In this document: piece after piece, positions 24,447 through 37,182 of the stretch
Position numbering within the stretch: the first letter of the stretch is position 1
Layout: every line of letters starts with the position of its first letter
Assembly (NCBI RefSeq): GCF_963921235.1
Contig: NC_086097.1
Coordinates: 208,570,001-208,634,000 of the forward strand
Origin: Mobula hypostoma
Lineage: Eukaryota
Direction: 5' to 3'
DNA length: 64,000 nt
Notes under the pieces: generated by a model
What the model was told of the DNA's origin: nothing
Database searches by the model: none
Seen by the model: only the letters and a program-made list of their open reading frames with translations
Translations under genes and position numbers: made by a program

Positions 24447-25575
24447 GAGTCACAGAACACTACAGCACTGAAATAAGCTCTTTGGCCTATCTAATCCATA
24501 CTGAACCATTAATCCCATCAATATGCACCCAGACCATAGCCATCCATGCCACTCCCATCCATGTACATAGAACATAAAACATAGAATAGTACAGCACAGT
24601 ACAGGCCCTTCGGCCCACAATGTTATGCTGATCCATAAACCCTGCCTCCCACCTTAAATTCCTCCATATACCGTCTAGTCGTCTCAAATTTCACTAGTGT
24701 ATCTGCCTCCACCACTGACTCAGGCAGTGCATTCCACGCACCAACCACTCTCTTTGCAAAAAACCTTCCTCTGATATCCCCCTTGAATTTCCCATCCCTT
24801 ACCTTAAAGCCATGTCCTCTTGTACTGAGCAGTGGTGCCCTGGGGAAGAGGCACTGGCTGTCCACGCTATCTATTCCTCTTACCTATCCAAATTTCTCTT
24901 AAGTATTGAAATCAAACCCGCACGCACCACTTGCACTGGCCGCTTGTTCCGCACTCTCACCACCCTCTGAGCAAAGAAGTTCCCCCCGGTTCCCCTTAAA
25001 CTTTTCACCTTGCACCCTTAACCCATGACTTCTAGTTGTAGTCCCATCCAACCACAAGTGGAAAAAACCTGCTTGCATTTAGCCTATCTATGCCCCTTGT
25101 AATTTTGTATAACTCTATGAAATCTCCCCTCAATCTTCTACAATCCAGGGCATAAAATCTTAACCTATTAACCTTTTCTTATAACTTAGGTCCTTGAGTC
25201 CCTGCAACATCCTGTAAATTTTCCCTGTGATCTTTCAACCTTGTTTACATCTTTCCTGTAGGTATGTGGCCAAAACTGCACACAATTATACAAATTAGTC
25301 CTCACCAAAATCTTGTACAACTTCAACATCACATCTCATCTCCTGTTCTCAGTACAGTACTTTGATTTATAAAGGTGAAAGTGCAAAAGCTTTATTTATG
25401 ACCCTATCTACCTATGATGCCACTTTCAACAAATTATGGACCTCTATTCCCAGATCCTTTTGTTCTATCACATTACTCAGTGCCCTACCATTCACTGTGT
25501 CAGGCCTACCCTGGCTGATTCAACCAAAGTGCAACACCTCACACTTGTCTGTATGAAATTCAATCTGCTATTTTC
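24447..25575 (-). mobile_element. Old CR1 3' portion with a nested second CR1 3' end (~24567-24880)
   Basis: Two CR1 tails and TRGH..F/LK motifs; degenerate RT C-terminus. Confidence 0.8.
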
Positions 25576-25589
25576 TATAATTATTTATT

Positions 25590-25790
25590 ATTATTGTTTC
25601 TTTTTTTCCTTTCTTACCTTTGCACAGTTTGTTGTCTTTTGCACATTGGTTGTTTACCCAACCTGTGGTGTGGTCTTTCATTGATTCTATTATGTTTTTC
25701 GATTTTCTGTGTATGCCCACAAGGAAACCAATCTTAGGGTTGTATGTGGTGACATATATGTACTTTGATAATAAATATACTTTGAACTTT
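25590..25790 (+). mobile_element. Rex1/Babar-type 3' UTR fragment
   Basis: GGTGACATATATGTACTTTGATAATAAAT..ACTTTGAAC tail shared with 37100-37182 and 55380-55446. Confidence 0.7.
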
Positions 25791-25954
25791 AAATCGTTGA
25801 ACCAACTAAATCACATCGAAGAATTCTCATGGATAGCAAGCAAGGAAGTAGAAGAATAACTTTGAACTGATATTTTGTTCGTCGTTCTTTGACTGCAAAG
25901 TAAAGGTTTAAATGAAGACATGAGGTTGAAATTTCAGACAGCCAAAAATCAAGT

Positions 25955-26125
25955 AAGAACAGAAAATTCTGGGAAAATTCAGTGGTCAGGTAGCATCTGT
26001 GGAACGTTCTGATAAAGGGAGTTTGACCAGAAATGTTGACTCTTCCCTTTCCACAGTTCCTACTTGACTTGCTGAGTTTTTCTAACATTTTCTGTTTTCA
26101 TTTCAGATCTCCAGCATTTGCAATT
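25955..26125. mobile_element. Palindromic Penelope-terminus-derived element with a degenerate hammerhead
   Basis: Inverted arms (..CAGGTAGCATCTGTGGAA / TTCCACAGTTCCTACTTG..) around CTGATAA-AGGG...AGAAATGTTGACT. Confidence 0.6.
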
Positions 26126-28381
26126 ATTTTGATTAACATCAGTTCAAAATAAAGGAATATAATTTTTAAATCAATAGTTTTTTACATTAATTTTCTGTGG
26201 ACATTAAAATTCACGCATATTAATTTAGTTCTTTAGGATCATGAATTTTCATTTTCAGAAGGAATGCTTTGTAAAATAAAGTCCTTACTATACAGCAGAA
26301 TTCAGATATTACACTGAGAGTTTCATTTTCCTGTAGAACAAGCTCTCATTCATAAAATTAAAGATTTCCCAGCATCTGAAACAAAAAAAACAGAAAAAGC
26401 TAGATACTGTTAGCATGTTGGTCAGTTTCTGTGGGATAAGAAACGGTGTTCATGTTTCAGAATTAACACCTATGTCACAGGAACTTCTGGAATTCCCTAT
26501 TTAACTGTGTTTGTTGGAATTAACTCTAGGGTAGAATGACAGCAAACTCAGAATTTAATCAGTAAATACAAGCCAATATATTTTAGTGACTTTTAAGGTC
26601 ATAGAATTGAATTGTTCAAGACCCAAAGACTTGTCAATCCACAGCTCCAACTATTTACTTAGTTCCACTTTCTAGTGATTGTACTTTTCCTGAGTTCCTC
26701 CCTTCCTTCCAATTTGCGATTTACAACTATTTATGGAATGTTACTTGTATTCTCTATGGTGAAGACTGATCCAAAATAATTAATTTGCCATCTCCTTGTT
26801 TGCCACGTTTTCCAGGCTCACTTTCAACAGGACCACAGTCATTTAGTTAACAACAAATTTCAGGATATATGTTAGTGATATTAAACCTGATTCTGACTCC
26901 TAGACTACCCTACCATAGGAAACCACATCCACTCTGTCTAGGCCTTTCAGTTTGACAGAGGCTTTGACACAGGCTTCCAATGACTAAAACAATCACCTAC
27001 CTTCACCTTCTGCTCTATAATTAAAAAGCCAATTGTGTGTCCAATTTGCCATTTTGCCAACTTGCCCTAAATCCCATGGGCTCTAATCTTGTGGATTGGT
27101 CTCCCACAGAGGGTATTGATGTTGTCTTTCATCAGCCATAATGCCTTCTTCAGTATATTTAGTGGTATGCAAAATTGTTCCACAAATAAGATGCAACAGG
27201 TTTCAGGTTGTGAGACGTGGTTGTCAACATTGTTGTACAGACTGAGCACCCCTTAACCTAAATGCTTGGGGCCGGAAGTGTTTTGGATTTTAGATCTTTT
27301 CATTCTTTCTTTCATTGATTCTAGACACTGGATATTAGACAATAGAATACTACAGCACAGTACAGGCCCTTCGGCCCTCGATGGTGTGCCGAACCCTATA
27401 CTCCTTTAAAAAAAAGTACTAAACCCACACTACCCCATAACCCTCTATTTTTCTTTCATCCCTGTGCCTGTCCAAGAGGCTCTTAAATACCCCTAATGTT
27501 TTAGCCTCCACCAATATCCCTGGCAAGTCATTCCAGGCACCCACAGTCCTCTGTGTAAAAAAAACTTACCCCTGATGTCTCCCCTAAACTCCCCTCCCTT
27601 AACTTTGTACATGTGCCCTCTGGAGTTTGCTATTCGCGCCCTGGGAAACAGATACTGGCTATCCACCCTATCTATGCCTCTCATAATCTTGTAGACCTCT
27701 ATCAAGTCCCCTCTCATCCTTCTACGTACCAAAGAGAAAAGTCCCAGCTCTGCTAAACTTGCCTCATAAGACTTGTTTTCCAAACTAGGCAACATCCTGG
27801 TAAATCTCCTCTGCACCCTCTCCATAGCTTCCACATCCTTCCGATAATGAGGTGACCAGAACTGAACACAATACTCTAAGAGTGGCCTCACCAGAGATTT
27901 GTAGAGTTGCAACATGACCTCTCTACTCTTGAACTCAGTCCTCCTATTAATGAAGCCTAGCGTCCCATAGGCCTTCTTAACTATCCTATTAACCTGTGCA
28001 GCGACCTTAAGGGATGTATGAATTTGAACCCCAAGGTCCCTCTGTTCATCCACACTCTTAAGTAACCAACCATTAACCCACCCTTCTGGTTTGTCCTTCC
28101 AAAATGCATCACCTCACACTTATCCGGATTGAACACCATCTGCCACTTTTCTGCCCAACTCTGCATCCTGTCTATATCCTCTTGTAACCTTCAACAACCA
28201 CAACTCCTCCAATCTTCGTGTTGTCCACAAACTTACTCACCCATCCTTCCGCCTCTTTATCTAGGTTATTTATAAAATTCACAAAGATCAGGGGTCCCAG
28301 GACAGATCCATGTGGCACTCCACTAGTCACCGACCTCCAGGCAGAATACTTTACTTCCACTACTACCCTCTGCTTTCTTGC

Positions 28382-29520
28382 TGTTGTAGCGTGGATGAAA
28401 TCACTGGAGAGACGGAGTCACTGGTAGATACAAAGCAGCTTCTTTATTCCACACAAGAAGGTACAGCAGGCATCATACGGACGGAGACGTTTTCGGTAGA
28501 AAGGTCTGCTAGCCCAATGGGGGCTCAATATTTATATGCTAAAGACAAAAGCAATCGCTACTTAAAAAGTTATAGACAATGCATAGACAATGTTTATGAT
28601 TATGATATAATTATGAGGACATGCAGTCTCCTTTTATTGTCATTTAGTAATGCATGCATTAAGAAATGATAAGAATGTTTTTCCAGAATGATATCACGAA
28701 AATACACGACAAACCGACTTAAAAACTAACAAAAACCACATAATTATAACATATAGTTACAACAATGCAAAGCAATAACGTAATTTGATAACAACAGACC
28801 ATGGCACAGTAAAAATCTCAGAGTCTCTCGGAAGTCCCATCACCTCACGCAGACGGTAAGCCTCCAGCGCTGCCAACTTGCCGATGCAGCATCCTGGAAG
28901 CATAGGATCACAGTCCGACTCCGAGTCCATCCAAAAAACTCCGAGCCCCTGACCACCTATTTGACACCGAGCACCAAGCACCATCTCTGCTGAGCGTTTT
29001 GACCCCGGCCCCGGCAACAGGCGATACGCAAAGCTGAAGATTTGGGGCTTTTGTCTCCGGAGACTCTCGATCGCTCAGTAGCAGTGGCAGTGAAGCAGGC
29101 ATTTCAGAAGTTATTCCAGATGTTCCTCTGTGCTTCTCACAGCTGTCCCCTCAAATCCGGCTTGTGCACGGCACCCCTAGTTTTCTATTGAAGCTACATA
29201 CAAAATATCACACCATCATTTCCTTCCGACACCAACATGTCTGGGTTGGTATCCACAGCCTTTAGGAATCCGCAATACATTTATCTGGTATTTTACGTGC
29301 TAACATAGAAGACAATTAATATTTATAATGTATAGATAATACTGTCTCTGAAACTACAGCATCGGGTCAAACTACAGCGCCAGAAGCATCTGGTATTCAC
29401 AACCTTTTAGGAAGCGCATTGTTGTGGACTCAATCCACAGTACTTTGTCAAATAGAAGTCTGGTGGCCAAAGTCATTTAAGTGTAAGCAAATCATCTACC
29501 CAAAAATACTCACTCTAACA
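28382..29520 (-). mobile_element. Solo LTR inserted in CR1 RT
   Basis: TGTTG...TAACA termini; 5-bp TSD CTTGC/CTTCC; minus-strand TATAAA and AATAAA; CR1 is contiguous across it. Confidence 0.75.
28597..29183 (-). mobile_element. Non-autonomous retroposon, second (5'-truncated) copy of the 2174-6399 family
   Basis: Reverse complement aligns to 2240-2540 and 6140-6390; short-repeat tail. Confidence 0.85.
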
Positions 29521-31421
29521 CTTCCTTTAAGCCAATTTTTTATCCAAACAGCCAAGGTTCCACTGATCCCATGCCTCATGACTTTCTGGATGAGTCTCTC
29601 CTGGGGGACCTTGTCAAATGCCTTGCTAAAATCCATGTAGACCACATCCACCACCCTACCCTCATCAATTTCTTTTGTTACCTCTTCAAAAAACTCAATT
29701 AGGCTCGTGAGGCACGACCTTCCCTTTACAGAGCCATGTTGACTATCCTTGAGTAGACTGTACAAGTGCTCATAGATCCTATTCTTAAGAATCCTTTCCA
29801 ATAGTTTGCAGACCACCGACATAAGACTCACATTTCTATAGTTCCCAGGATTCACCCTATTACCTTTTTTTAAACAAGGGAACAACATTTGCCATTCTCC
29901 AGTCCTCCGGCACCACCCCTGCAGTCAAAGGGGATTCAAAGATCATAGATACTGCTCCAGCGATCTCTTCTCTCACTTCCCACTGCAACCTGGGGTATAT
30001 CATGTCTGGCCCTAGGGATTTATCAATCTTGATGTTCTTTTTCCTTAATCTCCACATTGTCCAGCTCATAGGCCTGTTCTATTTCGACCTCACCCTGATC
30101 AAGATCCTTTTCACTTGTGAATACTGAAGCAAAATATTCACTTAGGACCTCCCCAAACTCCTCCGCCTCCAGGCACATGTTGCCTTCTTCATCCTTTAGC
30201 GGCCCCACCTTCATTCTTGTCATCCTTCTGTTCTTCGCATTGGGGTTCTCCTTAATCCTACGTGCCAAGGCCTTCTCATGCCCCCTTCGAGCTCTCCTAA
30301 GTCCTTTCTTAAGCTCCTTCCTGGTTACCCTACATTTCTCATGAGCCCCTCCTGCTTCCTGCTTCTTATATCTAACATATGCTTCCTTCTTCCTCTTGAC
30401 AAGTTGCCTCAGATGTTTCGTCAGCCACGATTCCCTTTTCCTACCATTTTTCCTTGTCTCAGTGGGACAAACCTATCCTGAACCCAGCACAAGTGGTCCC
30501 TAAACTTCCTCCACATTACTTCTGTGCTTTCACCCTTGAACATCTGTTTCCAATTTACTCTCGCTAGTTTCTGCCTCATCCCTTCATAGTTAGCCCTTCC
30601 CCAGTTAAGCACTTTCCCATTTTGTCTGTTTTTATCCTTTTCCATAGCTATGCTGAAGCTAAGGGAGTTGTGGTCACTCTCACCAAAATGCTCCCCCACC
30701 AAGAGGTCTGCCACCTGACCAGGTTCATTACCCAGAACTAGATCCAGTATGGCCTCTCCTCTCGCCGGCTGGTCCACATACTGTGTCAGGAATCCTTCTT
30801 GAACACACCTGACAAATTCAGCCCCATCTATCCCCCTTGCAGTCAGGAGGTGCCAGTCAATATGAGGGAAGTTGAAATCACCCATAACTACAACCCTGTA
30901 TTTCCTGCACCATTCTAAAATCTTCCTGCTTATCTGCTCCTCGGTGTATCCTGAAGGCTATTTGGGGGCCTATAGACTACTCCCAGCACAGTGATTGATC
31001 CCTTCCTGTTTCTGACTTCCACCCACACCGACTCAGTGGACACTCCCTCTGCAGCTTCCTCCCTTTCTATAGCTGTGATACTATCCCTGACCAGTAACGC
31101 TACTCCTCCCCCACCTTTTCTACCTCCCATCCTATTCCTTTTAAAACACCTAAACCCCGGTACCTGCATCAGCCAATCCTGCCCTTCCTCCAGCCAAGTT
31201 TCAGTAGTTCCACGTACTGATCTATGCTCTAAGTTCATCCCGTTTATTCCTAATACTCCTAGCGTTGAAATAGACACATTTCAACCCCTCTAACTGGCTA
31301 CATTTATGTTTTGTCTGCTGCCTGTCCTTCCTCACCAACTCAGAACACATAGCATCATGCCCTTGTCCTTCTACCCTAATCTCTGCACTCACATTCTGAT
31401 TCCCACCCCCCTGCCAAACTA

Positions 31422-31428
31422 GTTTAAA
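31422..31428 (-). promoter_or_regulatory. Putative -1 frameshift slippery heptamer U_UUA_AAC (second CR1 subfamily)
   Basis: GGT TTA AAC TAG ends ORF1; the -1 frame FKLVWQGGGNQ...LKCVYFNARSIRNK is open into APE. Confidence 0.6.
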
Positions 31429-32484
31429 CCCTCCCCAACAGCTCTAGCAAACCTGTCGCCAGGATATTGGTCCCTTTCCAGTTCAGGTGCAGCCCGTCCT
31501 TTTTGTACGGGTCAGACCTTCCCCAGTAGAGATCCCAATGATCCAGAAATCTAAACCCCTGCCTTCTGCACCAATTCTTCAGCCACGCATTCATCTGCCA
31601 TAACCTCCTGTTCCTACCCTCTCTGTCTCATGGCACAGGCAGCAGTCCCAAGATTACCACCCTTGAGGTCCTGCTTTTTAACTGCTTTCCTGACTTTCAT
31701 ATTTTGGAATATATAATGAGATAGCTTGGGATTGGCATCATTTCTGGTTCAGATTTTATGTGCGACCAGTAAGTGTTTTTTATCTTATACTTGTTCATCA
31801 CACATATGTACTTAACAGTAAAAGTTATTAGATACTGTACACAGCTTTGGCAGAATACCTGTATCAGTTGTCGAACAACATCAAACAATGTCATGCTTTC
31901 AGTCCCCTCCAAAGATGCTGTTTTGATTAAAAAGTTAAAGTACTTGTGTTTTAGGTTTTATGTAAGGTATAAAAACAATCAGCATTGTAAGCTTGTTCAG
32001 GTCTTAGATTCTCAGCAAACTTATCAATGCTTCATGATCAGCAGATGCTTTATCTTTAAAATGTTTTAAATCTCTAAAAATTTAATGCCGCACCTTTTCT
32101 TAAATTTCTGCAACCAGCCTGCTGAATACTTACAATTACCTTCAACTTTCAGTTTGCTGTGATAGATCTTTGCTTGTTTCATGATCGACATGCAGTTAAC
32201 TCCGTGATGATGAATCCACTCTTTCAATACATACCAAGATCTTCATTTCTCGCTTCATTTTTCTAATTTTCTTTAACTTCTGTTCATTACATATTTATGT
32301 GAGGTCACTTCTCAGAACTGTCTGTGATGTGTGGAGAACTACGCATTGCCTGGGAACCTTCCCTGTGCTTTGCGGAATTTTCCATTTTGACATCATGTCA
32401 CAATTTGAAAAGAAACAGGTTTCAGAAGTTTTTGCATTTTGGAATTTCAGATGAGGAGTGCTCAGCATGTGAGTGTGTCCTGAA

Positions 32485-32562
32485 GTATAAACGTTGACTG
32501 TACACTTTTCCACAGATGCTGCCTGGCCTGCCGAGTTCCTCCAGCATTTTGTGTGTGTTGCT
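32485..32562 (+). mobile_element. Penelope terminal-repeat fragment
   Basis: AAACGTTGACTGTAC..CAGATGCTGCCTGGCCTGCCGAGTTCCTCCAGCA matches 765-835. Confidence 0.7.
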
Positions 32563-34746
32563 GTGAATGTTTACTGTGCATTTTGATGATAGTGACAGCA
32601 ATTGAGTGATTGGGAAAAGGAGAATTAAGCAGTACTGGAGGATAGTGGTATTGTTACCAAGATATATAAGCTATCTTGGGTATTTATATTTATTCTGTTT
32701 TCTTAAAGTATTGTGCTCTTTATCTTATTGCCTTTTTTGTGCTGCATTGGATCCCGAGAATCAGTTATTTTTTTCTCCTTTACACTTGTGTACTGGAATT
32801 GACATCAAATAATCTTGAATCTTGAATATTGAATCCTCAATCTTCAATCTTGAATGTGTCTAGGGAAAGAACAGTACAGTTCATTATCATTGTAAACCAA
32901 CATTAATAATGGAAACCTAATATCCACCAAGATTATTTCATTGTTGCCATGTTTTTTATGTTTTAGATAGTAATGTTTCCGAGAAGCCTTATACTTAATG
33001 CCTGTCCCTAGTTGTTCTTCTGGTCACCATTTTCAAGAGCATTCTGATAAAAGTTAGGGAGCTCCATTGTTTTGATGCAGCAAAAAAGACATACTCCTCT
33101 GTTTTCAGGTTTGGCTGTTGTCGGAATTGAAGTGGAATGTGCAGCCAATGAACATGAAAAAGACATGTCAAACAGCTGCAGTGCATCGTGTAGATAGTGT
33201 ACACTTCAGGCAGAATGTGCCATTCAGAGAAGGAGTCACTGATGGGGTCTTAGTCCTCTTCTTTGGCAATCCCATGGCATGGTGGATGCCATGCTTCCTG
33301 CCTAGTTCAGTAGGTTCTGCGATGATTGATGAGACCATCATAAGGTTTGTAGTCTCTGACAAAGGTACGCAGAAAGTGCCTGGTGGGGCTGACTGGTAAT
33401 GTGAGAAGTGGTGGGCTCCTTCCACCATTTATACTGGGATTCTATGTGGACCTGGAGAGTGGGTTCTCGGCACACAACACCATCCAAATGTTCCTTCTCC
33501 AATTTAAGCAATCCTGAGGTGACAATGGAGATGTTATACCTTTTCAAAGAGACTTTGACAATACAGTTAAATCATTTCTACTGCCCATTAGGTAAACTCT
33601 TGTCATGATAGAGCTTGGTACAGAGTGGCTGCTTTGGGAAGCTAATGCTAGGTTTGTGAGTAATGAGGCCGACCTAGTGAACCCTAGTTCAATTAAGGTA
33701 TCAGCGCTGGTGATACTGGCCCATAAGACAGTTTACTCATCTTACCAGTGAAGGATTTTGTGAAGACATTGGTGGTACTCTGGTGGGCTGAGGTGCCTTT
33801 TTGAGGTATTCCATGCTTCTGAAGAATACATTTGGGCTACCTGGTGGATTGCGAGCTTCGTCTTGAATTTAAGAGCTGGATTTTCAAGCTGCTCTGAGTG
33901 CAGATTGTCAACCCAAAATGTCATCAGTTCCACTCCACACCCCCGCCCCACACCCGCCACAGATGCTGCTCAACCCAAAGAGATCCTGCAGCAGAATAGT
34001 TTGTTGCTCCACATTCCAATATCTGCAGTCTCTTGCTTCTTCATGATTATCAAGGCCTGCTGTGTTGTAAGGTGGCAGCTGAGATATGGGAAGATCTTCT
34101 CACCTTCCAGTGTCTCACTGTGGACATTTATTGTCAAACAATGATGTTGTGCAGCAGGGTCAGATTGACAGAGGATGTATGCTTTGCAGATATTAATTAT
34201 AAGGCCCATTTTCTTGCATGTTCAAATGAATACGTCAGTGATGACTTGGGAACTTTGTTTTTGATTATCTGTCTTCTTTAGATTATCTGAAAGAAATGTC
34301 ATTCTCTCTGAAGTACTCATCATCAAATGGAACCTTCGCAGTCCTGGATTGGCAAACAACCCATCCATAATCTTGTGCCTCTTCTTCACCTGTGATGGCC
34401 CATGCACCCACTTGGAGGAATATCTGACCTTTCCCTTTTCACAAACTATAGAAATTCTGTGAGCAAGGGCCATGGGATACAGCACATTACTGAGGTAAAC
34501 AAGTGCTTTTCCCATTAGTTCAATGATTATAGTTAGGTTGACCTTGGTTTTGTAGTGCTGGTGATATATGTTGTTAAGTTTGCAATTTATACTGCCGATT
34601 AGTACTTTTTCAGTCTACGATTATTGAAGGTGAGGTGTAGGGTTGAAACAAGAAAGCTTGAGAAAAGATTGAGAAGTACACCACTGAGATTAACTCTGTT
34701 AAGAACTTGCTAGTTAAGATTTCATGTAGCCGACATAAACTGGAGG

Positions 34747-36340
34747 TGTCATGGTCCGGATCGGGGTCCCTCTAAATTTACCTTGTTTATGTTACGATCC
34801 GGACCGTTGATTCCCTGTTTTCCCGTGTCCCTCGACTTTGGTGATTAGAGGCAATTAACACTCGGCTGAACCGGTAGTTTATAGTCTCCGACTTTCAGCC
34901 ATTCGGGGCGGGAGCATTTGCAAAGTCACGGCGTGCCAACGTCGTCTGGACTGAGCAAGCCTTGTCTCCGCCCGAAGCGAGTGCCGGTAATTCGCCTTTC
35001 CTCACCGGAGCAACCTTGTCCAGTTACCTCGCCGAAGCGAGCCTGCAAAGTTTCCTCATCAAGGTGGGTCCGTCAGTTAACCTGCCGGAGGGAATCAAGA
35101 ACCGCTGCCTACTGTTCCCAGGCCGATTCGAGAGCTCGGCACTACCCGAAGGTTCCAAGCACCACGTCCTGGTTCCGGCGGCATCCAAGTACCACGTCCA
35201 CGTCCTGGCTCTGGCAGCGTTCAACTACCACGTCCAAGTCCTGGCGCCGGCAGCATCCAAGTATCACATCCACGTCCTGGCTCCGGCGGCATCCAAGTAC
35301 CACGTCCACGTCCTGGCTCCGGCGACGTTCAAGTACCACGTCCACGTCCTGGCTCCGGCGATGTTCAAGTACCATGTCCACGTCCTGGCTCCGGCAGCGT
35401 TCAACTACCACGTCCAAGTCCTGGCCCTAGCGGCGTTCAAGTACCACATCCACGTCCTGACCCTGGCGGCGTTCAAGTACCACATCCACGTCCTGACCCT
35501 GGCGGCGTTCAAGTACCACATCCATGTCCTGGCCCTGGCAGCGTTCAAGTACCATGTCAAGTCCTGGCCCTGGCAGTTTCCAGTTCTGAGTCTAGTCCTG
35601 GCCCTGGCGGTCTGTGATTCCTGTCCTACCCCCTTGTCTGAATTCCTCTCTGCCCCTTTCACCTCTAGCCCTCATCTGCAGCCCCCGCCTGCACTTCGGT
35701 CTAGTTCCATCACCGGAGCTAGATAGGTACTGTCTGGTGTTCATTCGTGTTGGTCTTGTCTTGTCTTGTCCTCGCCTCCATGAGGTAAGTCCGGCCGTCT
35801 TGCCGTTGCCCCGCGGGGAGTCGTGTCTTCTCTTGTCCTGTCCTCGCCTCTGTGGGGTAAGTCAGGCCATCTTGCCATTGCCCCGCGGAGGGTCATGAGT
35901 CCCGGCCCTATGTCCTGTACCCAAGGAGGGGTCCCGGCTCTGTGTTCTGTGTATGTGTCCATGGTTCCATGTACCTGCTCTCCCAAGACTGAGGCTCTGT
36001 GTTCCCATGTTTCTCCTCTCCCTAGCCCATGTCATGTCCATGCCTGGTTCTGGGGTCCGAGCCCGAGGCAAGACCCAAGTACTGGGTCCTTGCCCAGTCT
36101 CAGGCTTGGAGTCCATACCCTAGCCTGTTCATGTCTCCTCTAGTTCTGGGAGCCGATTCCGAGTCCTAGCCTAAACCCTTGGTCCCAGCCTAGTCATAGT
36201 CCTCAGTCCTTGTTCAGTTCGCTTCCCCTGCTCCTGCCTAGCTCTCCTGATATTGAACAATAAACTAAATCTAAGTCACCTCACAAGATGTGTCTTGCAT
36301 TTGGGTCCACCCTCGTTCCCAATGCCCCGCCAGTGTAACA
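34747..36340 (+). mobile_element. Solo LTR (1594 bp, GC-rich) with an internal minisatellite
   Basis: TGTCA...TAACA termini, perfect 5-bp TSD GGAGG (34742-34746, 36341-36345), TTTATA at ~34878 and AATAAA at ~36259. Confidence 0.88.
35154..35575. repeat. 36-bp minisatellite, 10 full units plus partials
   Basis: Unit ~TTCAAGTACCACGTCCACGTCCTGGCTCCGGCGGCG. Confidence 0.95.
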
Positions 36341-36814
36341 GGAGGTGGATCTTTGCAGGCTATCAAATTTGAGAAGGATTATCCACTACCCCTTTCAATT
36401 GACAGATTCTAAGGCTTTTGTGAGTTCAATAGACTGCATATAGTAGTTGATCATGCTCCCTGCATTTCTCTTGAAGATGACTGTGCCAAAGATTTTGTCT
36501 GTTCCTTCAGTGTATGGATGAATCCAATTTGTGATTTGAGGATCAGCTCTGCAGCCACTAGTTCATGAATACTGCTGATAACTTTCTCTGTGGCAGACAG
36601 AGAGTTGACATAACTGTTGTTATGGTAATTGGGTTTGTCAGCCATTGACTAGCCAACACATCATTCCAATTGGTTGTTGCGGAAATGCCACTCAGTGAGG
36701 ATGCACAGGTTTGGGTCTAGTTCTTCAGACTGCAAGACATGAGAAGGCTGCGGGAGGATCTGCTGCCTGGGGGTGGGGATCTGCGGGAGGGTGGGAGAAG
36801 GTCAGGGCAGATCC

Positions 36815-37182
36815 TACACCACCATGTTCAGGAAAAATTATTACCATACCACCATCAGACTCCTGAACCGGTGTGAATAACTTCATTCGCCTCAACCCTG
36901 AACTGATTCCACAACCTATTGACTCTGAATTGATTCCAAAACCCATAGAATTTCAAGGACTCTACAACTAATGTACTGAAAATTATTTATTTTTTTATTT
37001 GCACGATTTGTCTTCTTTGGCACATTGGTTTATTTGTCAATCTTTGTCTACATGTAGTTTGTTTTCATAAAATCTATTGTATTTCTTTTATTTTTCTGAT
37101 AAATGCCTGCAAGAAGATGAATCTAAAGGTAGTATATGTGACACATATGTATTTTGATAATAAATTTACTTTGAACTTTGAA
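36815..37182 (+). mobile_element. Rex1/Babar 3' end
   Basis: ACCACCATGTTCAGGAA...ACCATCAGACTCCTGAAC ORF end and (TTTGAAC)n tail. Confidence 0.7.

Larger units (their letters stand above)
27338..31690 (-). mobile_element. Older CR1 LINE (ORF1 3' end and ORF2, degenerate) of a different subfamily
   Basis: LKCVYFNARSIRNK, TETWL, VYRPP, MGDFNFP, SDHN, YMDFSKAFDKV, GVPHGSVLGP; ORF1 DGLHLN; 3' tail. Confidence 0.92.
27238..32469. mobile_element. Tigger/pogo-like (Tigger4/MER46-like) DNA transposon derivative, split by CR1
   Basis: TIRs CAGACTGAGCACCCCTTAACCTAAAT / reverse complement CATGCTGAGCACTCCTCATCTGAAAT; left TA; body resumes at ~31690. Confidence 0.7.
33430..36700 (-). mobile_element. Ancient RTE-clade (BovB-like) LINE remnant, split by a solo LTR
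   Basis: SLSATEKV...KSQIGF (RT start), GLIINICK...FPYLSCHL, YSSEAW...CLHKIL. Confidence 0.7.

Noticed and set aside
33109..33399. Acceptor-like site and 93-aa ORF as a host exon
   Set aside because: Adjacent to or within the antisense 3' region of the RTE remnant; no recognisable protein.
35154..35575. CRISPR-like 36-bp repeats or a real repeat-protein gene
   Set aside because: No spacers; the open frames follow from a stop-free unit whose length is a multiple of 3, inside a solo LTR.
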